Of a stretch of 64,000 nt of DNA, positions 51,847 to 61,115 are shown one piece after another (position 1 is the stretch's first letter; every line of letters starts with the position of its first letter). The position numbers and the translations under genes were made by a program. The stretch spans positions 682,001 to 746,000 of the forward strand of contig JBMNHG010000008.1 of the NCBI GenBank assembly GCA_050950285.1, in the 5' to 3' direction. This stretch comes from Kiritimatiellia bacterium. GTDB lineage: Bacteria > Verrucomicrobiota > Kiritimatiellia > RFP12 > JBMNHG01. The notes under the pieces were generated by a model, which did no database searches, was not told the origin of the DNA, and saw nothing but the letters and a program-made list of their open reading frames with translations.

Positions 51847-52109
51847 AGCGGCATACGATGCTCCCTGCGCTCCTCTTCCCGGCGGCTCCGTCCATCCTGC
51901 TCCCGCCGCGGGACATCTCGAAGATGCTGGAGCGGGATCCGCAGGCGGGACGCAGGAATACCATGCGGCGGGATGGGAGATCCCCCGGATGATCGTCTAC
52001 ACGAATACGCGTTCGGGCGAGACGTCGCCCGCGCCTCGCATGCTTCCGGCAGATCACGCCCCCAGACACAGTGATGTGCGATCGTTGATTTTGGATTGTC
52101 TCGGCGACG

Positions 52110-52257
52110 AGTTCGTCGGGTGGCACTGCGGGAAGGCGGGCACGGTCGAGCACGTCCATGACGAAATGAAGAACGATCTGGCGGCGGCGCGCTGGCCCAG
52201 CCGGAAGTTCGGGGCCAACGCGGCCTGGTCCGCGCTCCGGGTGGCCGATCCGGAGCG
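52110..52257 (+). pseudogene. Degenerate fragment of the same IS1380 transposase
   Basis: WHCGKAGTVEHVHDEMKNDLAAARWPSRKFGANAAWSALRVADPE matches the C-terminal part of the 43533-44984 transposase with an internal deletion. Confidence 0.88.
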
Positions 52258-52619
52258 AGGGCGACCTGCCTGGGGACCGCCGCCCCCGGCGGGCTGGATG
52301 GAGAACCGCCTTCTCATCTTACCTTTTCTCCTTCGCTTTTTCCCGTCCCGCTCCGTGCGGACGGGGACGTGCGCCAACTGTACATGTTCTCAAAGTAAAT
52401 GCGACCTTCCCCCGGGGGGAAGGGAAGGCGCCCCGCCCGTCCCTCCCCGCCCCCCCTGGAGCAACTAAATGCCACCGATCGCATCGACCCCGTTCGGACG
52501 TGATGAATGCGACCTCCCCAGTCGCATTCACCTTGACAAGCGAGGCGAGGCTTTTTTTTTACGACTTTCTGCTGTATGCCAAAAATAAAACACGCTACAA
52601 TGCATAGCATTGTTTTAAA

Positions 52620-54637
52620 CCGAAGTTCCAGCGATTCCCAACAGCCTGCTAATTCGCAAACCCTTGCAGGCAAGCATTCTACGCGCTTTCTGGTGCCATT
52701 TTCCCGTTCCGCTTACATGGAAACGCCCTTGTTGTTCCGCCAGCAGGCGTGGTCAGCCTCGAGCAGTTGGAAGGCTTTGGCCTGGAAGGCGTTCGGCATC
52801 GTGTCACGGGTAAAACGCACGGCAGTCCTGCCCTCTCCGAAACAGCATGTGTTGCGCACCTGTGTCGATAGCGCGCCAAGCAGCCCGTCCCAGCGCCGGA
52901 GCCGCAGTCCGTCCTGCGTGCGTTTCCGGGCGCGCTTGCGCTTGAGGTTTTCCGAGGGCTGCGCCTTGGCGACGGGATCGCGGCTGGCGCGGGCGGCTTC
53001 CAGTTCCTCGTCGGCGTAGAGCAGCGGGGCCAGGGCCTGGCGCATGTGCCATTCCACGTAATAGGCAAGCATGCACAGCAGCACGTGTGCGCGCACACGG
53101 TCCTCCAGGCGGTGGTAGATCGGGCGGATGAGCAGGTCGACACCCTTGAATGTCCTGAAGGCCTGCTCGACGTCGCCCAGGCTCTTGTAGGCGCGCACCG
53201 CGTCCTCTGCGGAAAGCGACTCGGGCGTCTCGCTGGTGCGCACGACGTAGATGCCGTCCAGGGCGGCCTCGCGGGCGATGGATTCCGTGTCGCGCTCCCA
53301 GCCGAAGTGGTTGTCGGCGATGTCCAGCCTGAAGTGCTTGGCGACCTTGTAGCGGTTGATCACGCGTCCCGCCCTGACGCCGATCTCGGCTGCCGTCAGG
53401 GGTTTCCTCCTCCGGCGCCCCACATGGTCGCGCAGCTTGACGAGATCCTTCTCGGTGGACTCCAGCAGCTCGCCGCGCATGCGGGCGCGGTCCATCGCCA
53501 GCAGCGGGTTGTAGCAGGCCACCAGCCGTTCGCCGGGGAAGTCGGGATGGATGATCTCGGCCAGGTTGCCCTGCGTGAACAGCGGCGCACCGGAGGGATC
53601 GCGTGTCTCCAGCAGCCTGCGGATGTCCGAGCTTCGCAGGCAGGATATCCAGCCGCAGCCCTCCTGCTTCCGCAGGCGGTCGATCTGCGTGTTCGTCAGC
53701 ATGCCGCGGTCACCCACGAAGACGAACCGCGCTATGCCGAAGCCCCCGCGCAGCCGGTCGATCTGGTCCGGCACCGTCACCGGGTCGGCGGTGTCGCCGG
53801 GATACACCCGCACCGCGACCGGCCTGCCGTCGGTATCGGTCATAAGCCCGTAGACGATGCCGGGCAGCTTGAGGCCGTCGCGGTTGTATCCGCGCTTTGC
53901 CAGGGGGCATTGCTTGCCGTAGTAGGAGCTGCTCGATACGTCGTACAGGACTGTCGCCCCCTCGGCAAGGTGCCGCCCGGCCAGCTTGCGCTCGATGAAG
54001 GGCTGGCGGGCCGCGAGCCAGTCCATCGCCGCATAAAGGTCGTTCTCGTCCACGTCCTGCACGCCGAACTCCTGCGCGAGCGTGGAGTCCCCGAACAGGG
54101 AGACCGTCTCCAGCTTCGAGCCCGGCTCTATTATGCGCTGGGCTATCATCGCCAGCACGATGTCGCGCTCCGGGCAGGGCTTGGACGACACCAGATCCCG
54201 CATGCCGAGCCGGCTCATTGCCGTGCGGACGGCCCTGACGTGGCCGCATGGCAGGGATCGCTCGATCTCGAAAAGGCTGTCGGCCTCCACAAGATGTTCG
54301 CCCTTGAGCGCGGCGCGCAGCGCCGCCACCGCCTCGGGCGGCAGCATCGACAGGTTGGCAAGCGTGCGCTTGACGGTGCGCCCGCCCTCGCGGCAGCTCT
54401 CGCGCAGCAGGATTGCGGGCGGGGATTTGCGGTTCGGCACGATGTCAATGTACATGGGCTCAATTTAGCAGACCTTTCAGTCTCATGCAAGCGTAAAAAT
54501 GGTATTTCGTCAAAAAAAGTTATTAACAATTACATGGGCGCAAATGGAACGGATTTTGCTACCTTAGGGGTGCCGGAATGCCGCTAAATCAAGGAAATAT
54601 GGCCGTTTCGGGCATGAAAGAGCCGCTGGAACTTCGG
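52620..54637 (-). mobile_element. IS1634-family insertion sequence, 2018 bp
   Basis: Perfect 14-bp IRs CCGAAGTTCCAGCG; 6-bp direct repeat TTTAAA (52614-52619, 54638-54643). Confidence 0.9.
52713..54455 (-). CDS. IS1634-family transposase
   Basis: LLRES.REGG..KRTLANLS, LYDVSSSY, GYNRDG, VGDRGM, YKSL..VEQAFR, RPIYHR...RVRAHV..CMLAY. Confidence 0.93.
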   Translation of the reverse strand: MYIDIVPNRKSPPAILLRESCREGGRTVKRTLANLSMLPPEAVAALRAALKGEHLVEADSLFEIERSLPCGHVRAVRTAMSRLGMRDLVSSKPCPERDIVLAMIAQRIIEPGSKLETVSLFGDSTLAQEFGVQDVDENDLYAAMDWLAARQPFIERKLAGRHLAEGATVLYDVSSSSYYGKQCPLAKRGYNRDGLKLPGIVYGLMTDTDGRPVAVRVYPGDTADPVTVPDQIDRLRGGFGIARFVFVGDRGMLTNTQIDRLRKQEGCGWISCLRSSDIRRLLETRDPSGAPLFTQGNLAEIIHPDFPGERLVACYNPLLAMDRARMRGELLESTEKDLVKLRDHVGRRRRKPLTAAEIGVRAGRVINRYKVAKHFRLDIADNHFGWERDTESIAREAALDGIYVVRTSETPESLSAEDAVRAYKSLGDVEQAFRTFKGVDLLIRPIYHRLEDRVRAHVLLCMLAYYVEWHMRQALAPLLYADEELEAARASRDPVAKAQPSENLKRKRARKRTQDGLRLRRWDGLLGALSTQVRNTCCFGEGRTAVRFTRDTMPNAFQAKAFQLLEADHACWRNNKGVSM

Positions 54638-54681
54638 TTTAAAAGACCTTTCTGGTTCGCGTGGCCAAAGGAGATGGTTCT

Positions 54682-55524
54682 ATGAGTATTGAAAACGTCT
54701 GCTGCCCCAAATGTAATAAAGAGTTCAGAATCAAATTTGTACTTGTTCCAAAAACAATCTTATGTCCGGCTTGCAAGGCGAGATTTGCGACACCTGAAGC
54801 GATTCGGAATCGGGATCAGAATCAGAAAGTACGTGACAAAAAGCATCCGCAACTTACCCTGGCGCTTGAAGAGACAGACAATCGATTCAATAGAAGAATA
54901 ACAGTAAGGGCGACCGTCCCAATGAGTGCGAGGTGCAGAACTTGTGGCACGGACTACCAATATACGGTGACCCGAGAAGCGACGTCGGGGTCTAGGGATC
55001 TTGCCGTTAAAAAACTACAAAAACTGATTTCCGAGTCTGTGGCTGCGCCTTGTCCCAAATGTGATCCTCAAGGTGCGGCTCGTGCATTGTTTTCAGAAAG
55101 CTTCAAAAACACGGATCGAATCTCCATGGTGGCGAGTATCATTGCCGTTGGCGTTCTGTTGCTGTCTAATCCGCTTATGTTCGACTGGATTGATCCGTTA
55201 TTACGAATTTTATTATCGACTTTTGGGGGGGTGTTGGCATTTTGCCTATATTATCGTGACAGACGGTTCTGGTATATGGGCATATTGCCGGGTATTTTTG
55301 CGGGCCCAACGTTATTATATGCCTCCTTGGCCTATATTTCGCACGCTTGTAGTTACAGGGATATTTACAATATAGAAATTATTCTTGTTTTTGGTTTCGT
55401 CGGCCTGCTGTTCTGGTGTTTATGGTACTACCCACTGCGTTTTGTAGCGACTTGGAAAATTCGCAATGAGTTCATTCGAAGGTACGCGATTTGGGATCCT
55501 ACACGCCCCCCGCCGTGTTTATAG
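54682..55524 (+). CDS. Hypothetical membrane protein with four CxxC motifs
   Basis: AAGGAG RBS; CPKC, CPAC, CRTC, CPKC, then about four hydrophobic helices; AT-rich. Confidence 0.7.
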   Translation: MSIENVCCPKCNKEFRIKFVLVPKTILCPACKARFATPEAIRNRDQNQKVRDKKHPQLTLALEETDNRFNRRITVRATVPMSARCRTCGTDYQYTVTREATSGSRDLAVKKLQKLISESVAAPCPKCDPQGAARALFSESFKNTDRISMVASIIAVGVLLLSNPLMFDWIDPLLRILLSTFGGVLAFCLYYRDRRFWYMGILPGIFAGPTLLYASLAYISHACSYRDIYNIEIILVFGFVGLLFWCLWYYPLRFVATWKIRNEFIRRYAIWDPTRPPPCL

Positions 55525-55538
55525 AAGACAAATCACCA

Positions 55539-56745
55539 GTGCCCTGTCCCGAAAATAGGCTTGCAAAAGTCTGGCCGGCATGCTATGATGTGCGGCATGA
55601 AAAAGAACCGGAAACCGGGGCGCCCCATATCGCTCCTTTCGCTGTCCGACGAGGATCGTGCCGAGCTGGAACGGCGGATCAAGGCGCCGACGGCGAGCAA
55701 GCGGGACAGCCTCCGCGCCTCCATCGTCCTGAAGCGGGCGGCGATGGGCCAGGCCGAGGCGGCGGAATCGCTGGGCTGCAGCGAGGCGTGCGTCTCCCGC
55801 TGGACGGCGCGGTTCCGCAGGGAGGGACTTGCCGGCCTGAAGGATGCGCCGGGTCGCGGGCGGAAGCCGTACCTCGATCCGTCGCGCGTCGAGACCGTGA
55901 TCACCCGCGTGAACCGGCCGCCGAAGGGCCATGCCCGCTGGTCGGTACGCACGATGGCGCGGGAATCCGGCGTGTCGCGCAGCAGCGTGAGCCGCATCTG
56001 GCGCGCGAACGACCTCAAGCCGCACCTGAAGAAGGGGTTCAAGCTGTCCGACGACCCGGATTTCGAGCGGAAGTTCTGGGACGTGGTCGGGCTGTATCTG
56101 GATCCGCCGGAGCGCGCTCTCGTCCTGTGCTGCGACGAGAAGAGCCAGTGCCAGGCGCTGGAACGCACGCAGCGGGCGCTTCCGCTGGTGTCCGGCCATG
56201 CGAAGACCTTCACGCACGACTACATCCGGCACGGCACGCTCACGCTTTTCGCCGCCCTGAACTATCTGGACGGCAAGGTGGTCGGGCGTCTCGGGGAGAA
56301 CCACACCCACAAGGAGTGGCTGCTCTTCCTGAAGCAGATCGACCGCGAGTGCCCCGCGGGCGTGACGCTGCACCTGATCCTCGACAACTACGCCACGCAC
56401 AAGAAGGAGGAAGTCACATCCTGGATGGAGAGGCGGAACGCCGCGTACGAGAAGCGGCACGGCGTGAAACGCTTCGTCACGCACTTCACGCCGACGTCAA
56501 GCAGCTGGCTCAACCTGGTCGAGCGCTTCTTCGGCGACATCACGCAGCAGGCGCTGCTCAACGACAGCTTCGGCAGCGTCAGGGAGCTCGCGCAACGCAT
56601 ACTGGATTACATCGCCGCGCACAATCTGGAGCCGAAACGGTATGTCTGGAGGGCGGATGGCAGGGCGATCCTGGAAAAGATACGGCGCGCCAGACAGAAA
56701 CTCGCGGAGACGCAATTAGACAACCCCATTTGCGGGACAGGGCAC
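55539..56745 (+). mobile_element. IS630-family element 1
   Basis: IRs GTGCCCTGTCCCG(A/C)AAAT(A/G)GG; flanked by CA on the left and TA on the right. Confidence 0.88.
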
Positions 56746-56748
56746 TAG
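55597..56748 (+). CDS. IS630-family transposase
   Basis: HTH region, CCDEKSQCQAL, HDYIRHGT, ILDNYATHK, HFTPTSSSWLNLVERFF. Confidence 0.95.
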   Translation: MKKNRKPGRPISLLSLSDEDRAELERRIKAPTASKRDSLRASIVLKRAAMGQAEAAESLGCSEACVSRWTARFRREGLAGLKDAPGRGRKPYLDPSRVETVITRVNRPPKGHARWSVRTMARESGVSRSSVSRIWRANDLKPHLKKGFKLSDDPDFERKFWDVVGLYLDPPERALVLCCDEKSQCQALERTQRALPLVSGHAKTFTHDYIRHGTLTLFAALNYLDGKVVGRLGENHTHKEWLLFLKQIDRECPAGVTLHLILDNYATHKKEEVTSWMERRNAAYEKRHGVKRFVTHFTPTSSSWLNLVERFFGDITQQALLNDSFGSVRELAQRILDYIAAHNLEPKRYVWRADGRAILEKIRRARQKLAETQLDNPICGTGH

Positions 56749-56851
56749 CATGTGCCCAGTTTCATGCACTATTGGAATCTGTAGGTCGATTGCTCCTTTA
56801 TCCTGTGGGTCTACATCCGCTTTGTCAAAATATCCCGTCTTAGTACTTCTA

Positions 56852-58101
56852 GTGCATTGTTGCGCTTGTAAACCGACAAAATAAATGGCATGCTATTCTC
56901 CGGGCGCGTGCCCTGTCCTTAAACACCGAACGCAACTGGAGACGCCATGCCGAAGATCAGGTACCGTGTTGTATTGAGCGAAGATGAACGTGCCGGGCTC
57001 AGCCACCTGGCCTCGACAACGAAAGGGGCGCCGCAGAAGATCAAGAACGCCCTGATTCTGCTGGCGGTTGACCAGAGCGAGTTCAACCCCGAGCGCAAGA
57101 CGGACGAATGCATCGCCCAAGTCCTTGATATCGACCGGTCGCGCATATACAGGGTCAAGCGGGACTGCGTGGAGCATTCGATAGAGGAGGCGTTGACGGG
57201 GCGCATTGAGGAGCGCGGGCACCGCCCCTGCGCCTTGGACGGCGCGCAGGAGGCGCAGCTTATGGCCATGGCCTGCGGCGAGCCGCCCGAGGGCAGGGTC
57301 AGATGGACTGTCCGTCTTCTGGCGGAACGCATGGTGGAGCTGGGGATTGTCGATGGGATATCGTACTCCACTGTTTCACGCGTGTTAAAAAAAAAGAGAT
57401 TAAGCCTTGGCTGAAGAAGGAATGGGTCATCCCGCCGGGGCAAAGCGGGGCTTTCGTCGCCGCGATGGAGAATGTCATTGATGTCTACACGCGTCCGGCA
57501 GACCCCGCGCATCCGGTGGTCTGCATGGACGAGATGCCCAAGCAGTTGATCGGCGAATGCCGCGAGGCATACACGGATGGGCACGGGGTCAGGCATTTTG
57601 ACACGGAATACGTCCGGAACGGCACCACGAACATATTCATGGCGGTGGATCCGCTGGCCGGGAGGTGCATGGCCAAGGTGTCCGGGCGCAAGACGATGCA
57701 GGACTTCGCGTACTTTGTCGAGGACATTGCCGGCATGTATCCGGATGCGGAGCGCATCACGCTTGTCTGCGACAATCTCAGCACCCATGACTTCGGCTCC
57801 CTGTATGAGACTTTTGCCCCCGACAAGGCTCATGCGTTGATGCAGCGCTTCGAATTGGTGCATACGCCGAAACACGGATCATGGCTGAACATTGCGGAAA
57901 TCGAACTCAGCGTCCTGGGCACAGAAGGATAGCCACAGAGGAGGAAATGAAGAGGCATGTACTCGCGTGGGAAACGGATAGAAATGAGAGGCGCGAAAAG
58001 GTTGTCTGGCGGTTTCAAACGGCGGACGCGAGGATAAAGCTCAAGCACCTGTACCCGGAGTTTGCATAGCTGTTGGTTGGTTTTTAATCGCAACAATGCA
58101 C
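56852..58101 (+). mobile_element. IS630-family element 2
   Basis: IRs GTGCATTGTTGCG, CTAG context with duplicated TA at both ends. Confidence 0.9.
56947..58069 (+). pseudogene. IS630 transposase: orfA/orfB joined by a -1 slippery site, plus a second, probably inactivating, frameshift
   Basis: A9G at 57387-57396 links orfA (to 57414) with orfB (CMDE, VCDNLSTH, TPKHGSWLNIAEIE); frame breaks again near 57922 and the tail RRI...ARIKLKHLYP is in a third frame. Confidence 0.85.
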
Positions 58102-58151
58102 TAGTGAAAACAAAACAAGGGACAGCCCCAAAAATAATTCCCTGTCTCTTG

Positions 58152-58808
58152 TTACGGGGTGTTTGATTTCCGGTCTGCTTCATGTTCTTCATGCGTCCAA
58201 GTTGCACGTTGCAGCATCCCAGTAGGCGACCAGTCCGGGGGGCGGTGCACACCACTAATTGGAAGGCGGTAGTATGCAACACTTGCCTGTGCCTTGTAGA
58301 CTGGACCATTATGGTTATAACGCTGTTCCGAATGTGTAATCTCGATTTTATTGTTGTCGATCTGACCCCATACCCGTTGATATATATCGGGGAAATATAG
58401 TTCCATAGAAAACTCGTTTCCGTCAATTGTATAAAACCCAAGGTAAGCTTGTTTAAAAGATTCCACGTCGTCGATGGTTGGAGCCTTTCCCTTTACATTA
58501 CGCCCATAACAATGCCCGGAACTCCAAAGCCTAATGAAATCATAATTGACATGTATGTCGCCAGTCTGATTGGTGGAAACATATTGCCTCGCGTAAACGG
58601 CAGGAATAACTACAAGTGGGTTGATCATAGTTTTTGCGGTTATTTGAAACCTAGGTTTCTTTGGAAAAACTCGATCCTCAGAAACCTTCTCATAATAGGA
58701 AGACCATTCCCAATATGCCCTGAATACGGCACATCCCGCCGTGAGCGACAACGTCAAGGCCATAATAAGACATACATGTAGTGGCCTTTTATTGAAAAGA
58801 CTCTTCAT
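58152..58808 (-). CDS. Putative lipoprotein, candidate immunity protein for Rhs cassette 1
   Basis: ATGA overlap with the toxin stop; hydrophobic N-terminus with lipobox-like LTAG-C; AT-rich. Confidence 0.65.
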   Translation of the reverse strand: MKSLFNKRPLHVCLIMALTLSLTAGCAVFRAYWEWSSYYEKVSEDRVFPKKPRFQITAKTMINPLVVIPAVYARQYVSTNQTGDIHVNYDFIRLWSSGHCYGRNVKGKAPTIDDVESFKQAYLGFYTIDGNEFSMELYFPDIYQRVWGQIDNNKIEITHSEQRYNHNGPVYKAQASVAYYRLPISGVHRPPDWSPTGMLQRATWTHEEHEADRKSNTP

Positions 58809-60870
58809 CGCCGTTTTCCCCCAAAGCTTCCCTGCATCTTGATTCTCAAGTCGAACGACTGCGGATATGAGAAATATCCCGCTTCCTTGCTGATCGTCGA
58901 ATGTATCCAGTGCTGTGCGTTCAGCATGTCCGGGCTGTCAAAAGAAAATCCTAAGCTCATGCCGTCCAGCCCAGTTGCAAGTATAGTCCATTGCGCCTGA
59001 TTGAGAGCCCGGGATGAATCCGTCTGTTCATTGGGATTTTGCGGCTCGAAACTTTTGAGATTAGTAGCTTTTCCTGTGAAGTCATCAAATGCGAGCGACA
59101 ATGTCTGACCACCACCCAATGCGAAACCGAGCATGGCACCGCCAGTCCACCCACGATCTCCTCCGTCTCCGAACCCGAGACGCGAGGGATTCCAAATATC
59201 GTTGTTGTAATTTAGAAACACGGCACCGCCACCTTGTAATCGCAAGTTTGCCATGCGCACACTCTCACCTAGCGCTTCGTTGTAGTACCAAGTCTGACCA
59301 AACGAAGCCGAACTGCTGTACGTGTCATCCAATGCCGACACCCACTGCGAACCGTTGAATGCGAACGGAAGCCCCTCGCTGTCACCATATCCAACCGTGC
59401 CAGACACGTTGGCGAATATGTTGTAGGACTTCCCGTTTGCGCCTCGCGGGGCGCCAATCATCCCGCCCCTTAGAACGCTTACTCCGATGTCCGCACTGAA
59501 TGTCGCCCAGTCGCATGCATCCCATCTGGCCGAACCTATCAGATTGAAAGACATCTCAACCCCTCCCCGTGTGGACGGAGCCAAAATGAGTCCTGCCATT
59601 ATACCGAATTCTGGTTCCATCCCCAGTAAATCCACACCATTCACCCCATCGTTCCCACAGAACGCGTATAAATTCACACCGCCTTCTTCCCCAATGGGGT
59701 CTTGGTTCAGCCACCTCATCAACTCTGGCGCGCAGAAGCGGTAGCCGTAGTAGTAGAGGCCGATCTCGGCATCGTAATACTTCGTGCTGAATCTGTGGCG
59801 GAAGGCATCGGCTAGAGATCCGGTTGCCGCGATGGTGCGGCCGAAGGCGTCGTAGGTGTACTCGGCGACAATGGTGCCGGTCTCGTCGGCGTAGGCTATG
59901 ATGTTCCCATTATTATCGTAGAACGGGAAATACCATGCGCCGTTTAGCGAGACGGCCAGCAAACCGCCTACACCACCCGCGCCCTGGAGCGTGCCGGAGA
60001 GATCCTTGCCCCAGACGTAGTGGTTGGTTGTCGTGCCGGATGCGGTTGAAATCGTCTCTTGCACCAAATTCCAGCCGTCGTAGATGCAAGTGTACGTGGC
60101 GTTTGGCGTGACTTTCAACACGCGGCGGCTAAGATGATCGTAGGCGTTGGAGACGACGCACAGGCCGTTGGAATAGGCGGCGACGAGGCGGTTCTCGGCA
60201 TCATACGTGTAGCTGAAACGCCCGTCCCACGTCATATTGCCGTCTAAATCGTATACGGGAGAAATTTGGACAGGATTGACATGATTGACATGATTGGAAA
60301 TCAGGAAATACTGGTTCAGTTCGTTGGCGGTGTAGATGTTCGTGACGGCGTTAAGCGAGGTCCACAGCGCGTTGCCTATGTTGTCGAAGGCGTAGCGGTT
60401 GGTGTGGGCGGGCTGGATGATGGCCGCCGTGACTTCGCTTCTGGCGTTGTAATCAAAGGTGTCGGCGTTTCGTGACGTGACGCGGTTAAGCAGGTCGTAG
60501 GTGTAGGCCAGCGGATTGTACGGCACGCCGCTGGCGCTGTTGGTGATGGCTTTTACCAGACTGCGGCGGTAGGGATCGCGGATGACGGTACGGGAGAGAA
60601 CTATCCCGTTGGTCTGCGTGATGGTGTATCCGGCGTCCCAGGCGTCATCAGTATATGCGTAGCTTGCCGAAAAGGCATCATTCGAGACGGTGGAAAGACG
60701 GCTTTCGGAGTCATAGCCGTAATGGACGGGAGCGGCATTGCCGCTGCGCAGTTCCGCCAGGCGGTGGCGGTGGTCCATGTCACAGAGCATTGTCATGGGG
60801 CAGAGTAACGATGTTGCCGCCAACCGTCACCGTTTCGTTGGTAACCGTGCAGAACGTATTGGTGGCATAG
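58805..60870 (-). CDS. Orphan Rhs cassette 1: partial core plus C-terminal toxin (Ntox23-like)
   Basis: YD repeats, FSTKYYD...YYYGYRF..P...RWL..DPI.E.GG.NLY.F..N......DLLG; tip with YNND...GDGGDRGWTG and QHWIH; no credible start or RBS. Confidence 0.85.
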
Positions 60871-61115
60871 GTTGGTGCTTGGCTGTTTGTGAATGTGCTC
60901 ATAGCATCATGCAAGTAATTCGACTCGATTACGGCAATTGCTTTGGTGACTCGTTCAAGTTCACGTTGTACTTGTTGCTTTGCGATTTGACGAGCACGGG
61001 CGGTAGCAGTTCGATCATAGTAGATTTGATAAATTACAGTGGCAATCTGAGTAGCTAGCACATAGAAAACAAGAATGAAGAAAACCCAGAATACTATTCT
61101 TTTAATGATTGCCAT
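60780..61115 (-). CDS. Small membrane protein, candidate immunity for Rhs cassette 2 (3' end runs into Rhs-like DNA)
   Basis: Start overlaps the cassette 2 stop; one N-terminal hydrophobic helix. Confidence 0.6.
   Translation of the reverse strand: MAIIKRIVFWVFFILVFYVLATQIATVIYQIYYDRTATARARQIAKQQVQRELERVTKAIAVIESNYLHDAMSTFTNSQAPTYATNTFCTVTNETVTVGGNIVTLPHDNAL

Noticed and set aside
43398..51992. 2864-aa ORF
   Set aside because: Chance open frame across the IS1380 antisense strand and the GH16 off-frame; real protein starts at 47067 with a signal peptide and its true end is at 51846 in another frame
52503..52560. Hairpin TGAATGCGAC...GTCGCATTCA followed by TTGACA and a T9 run
   Set aside because: T run is too far from the stem for a terminator and no -10 box lies at correct spacing from TTGACA; no function supportable
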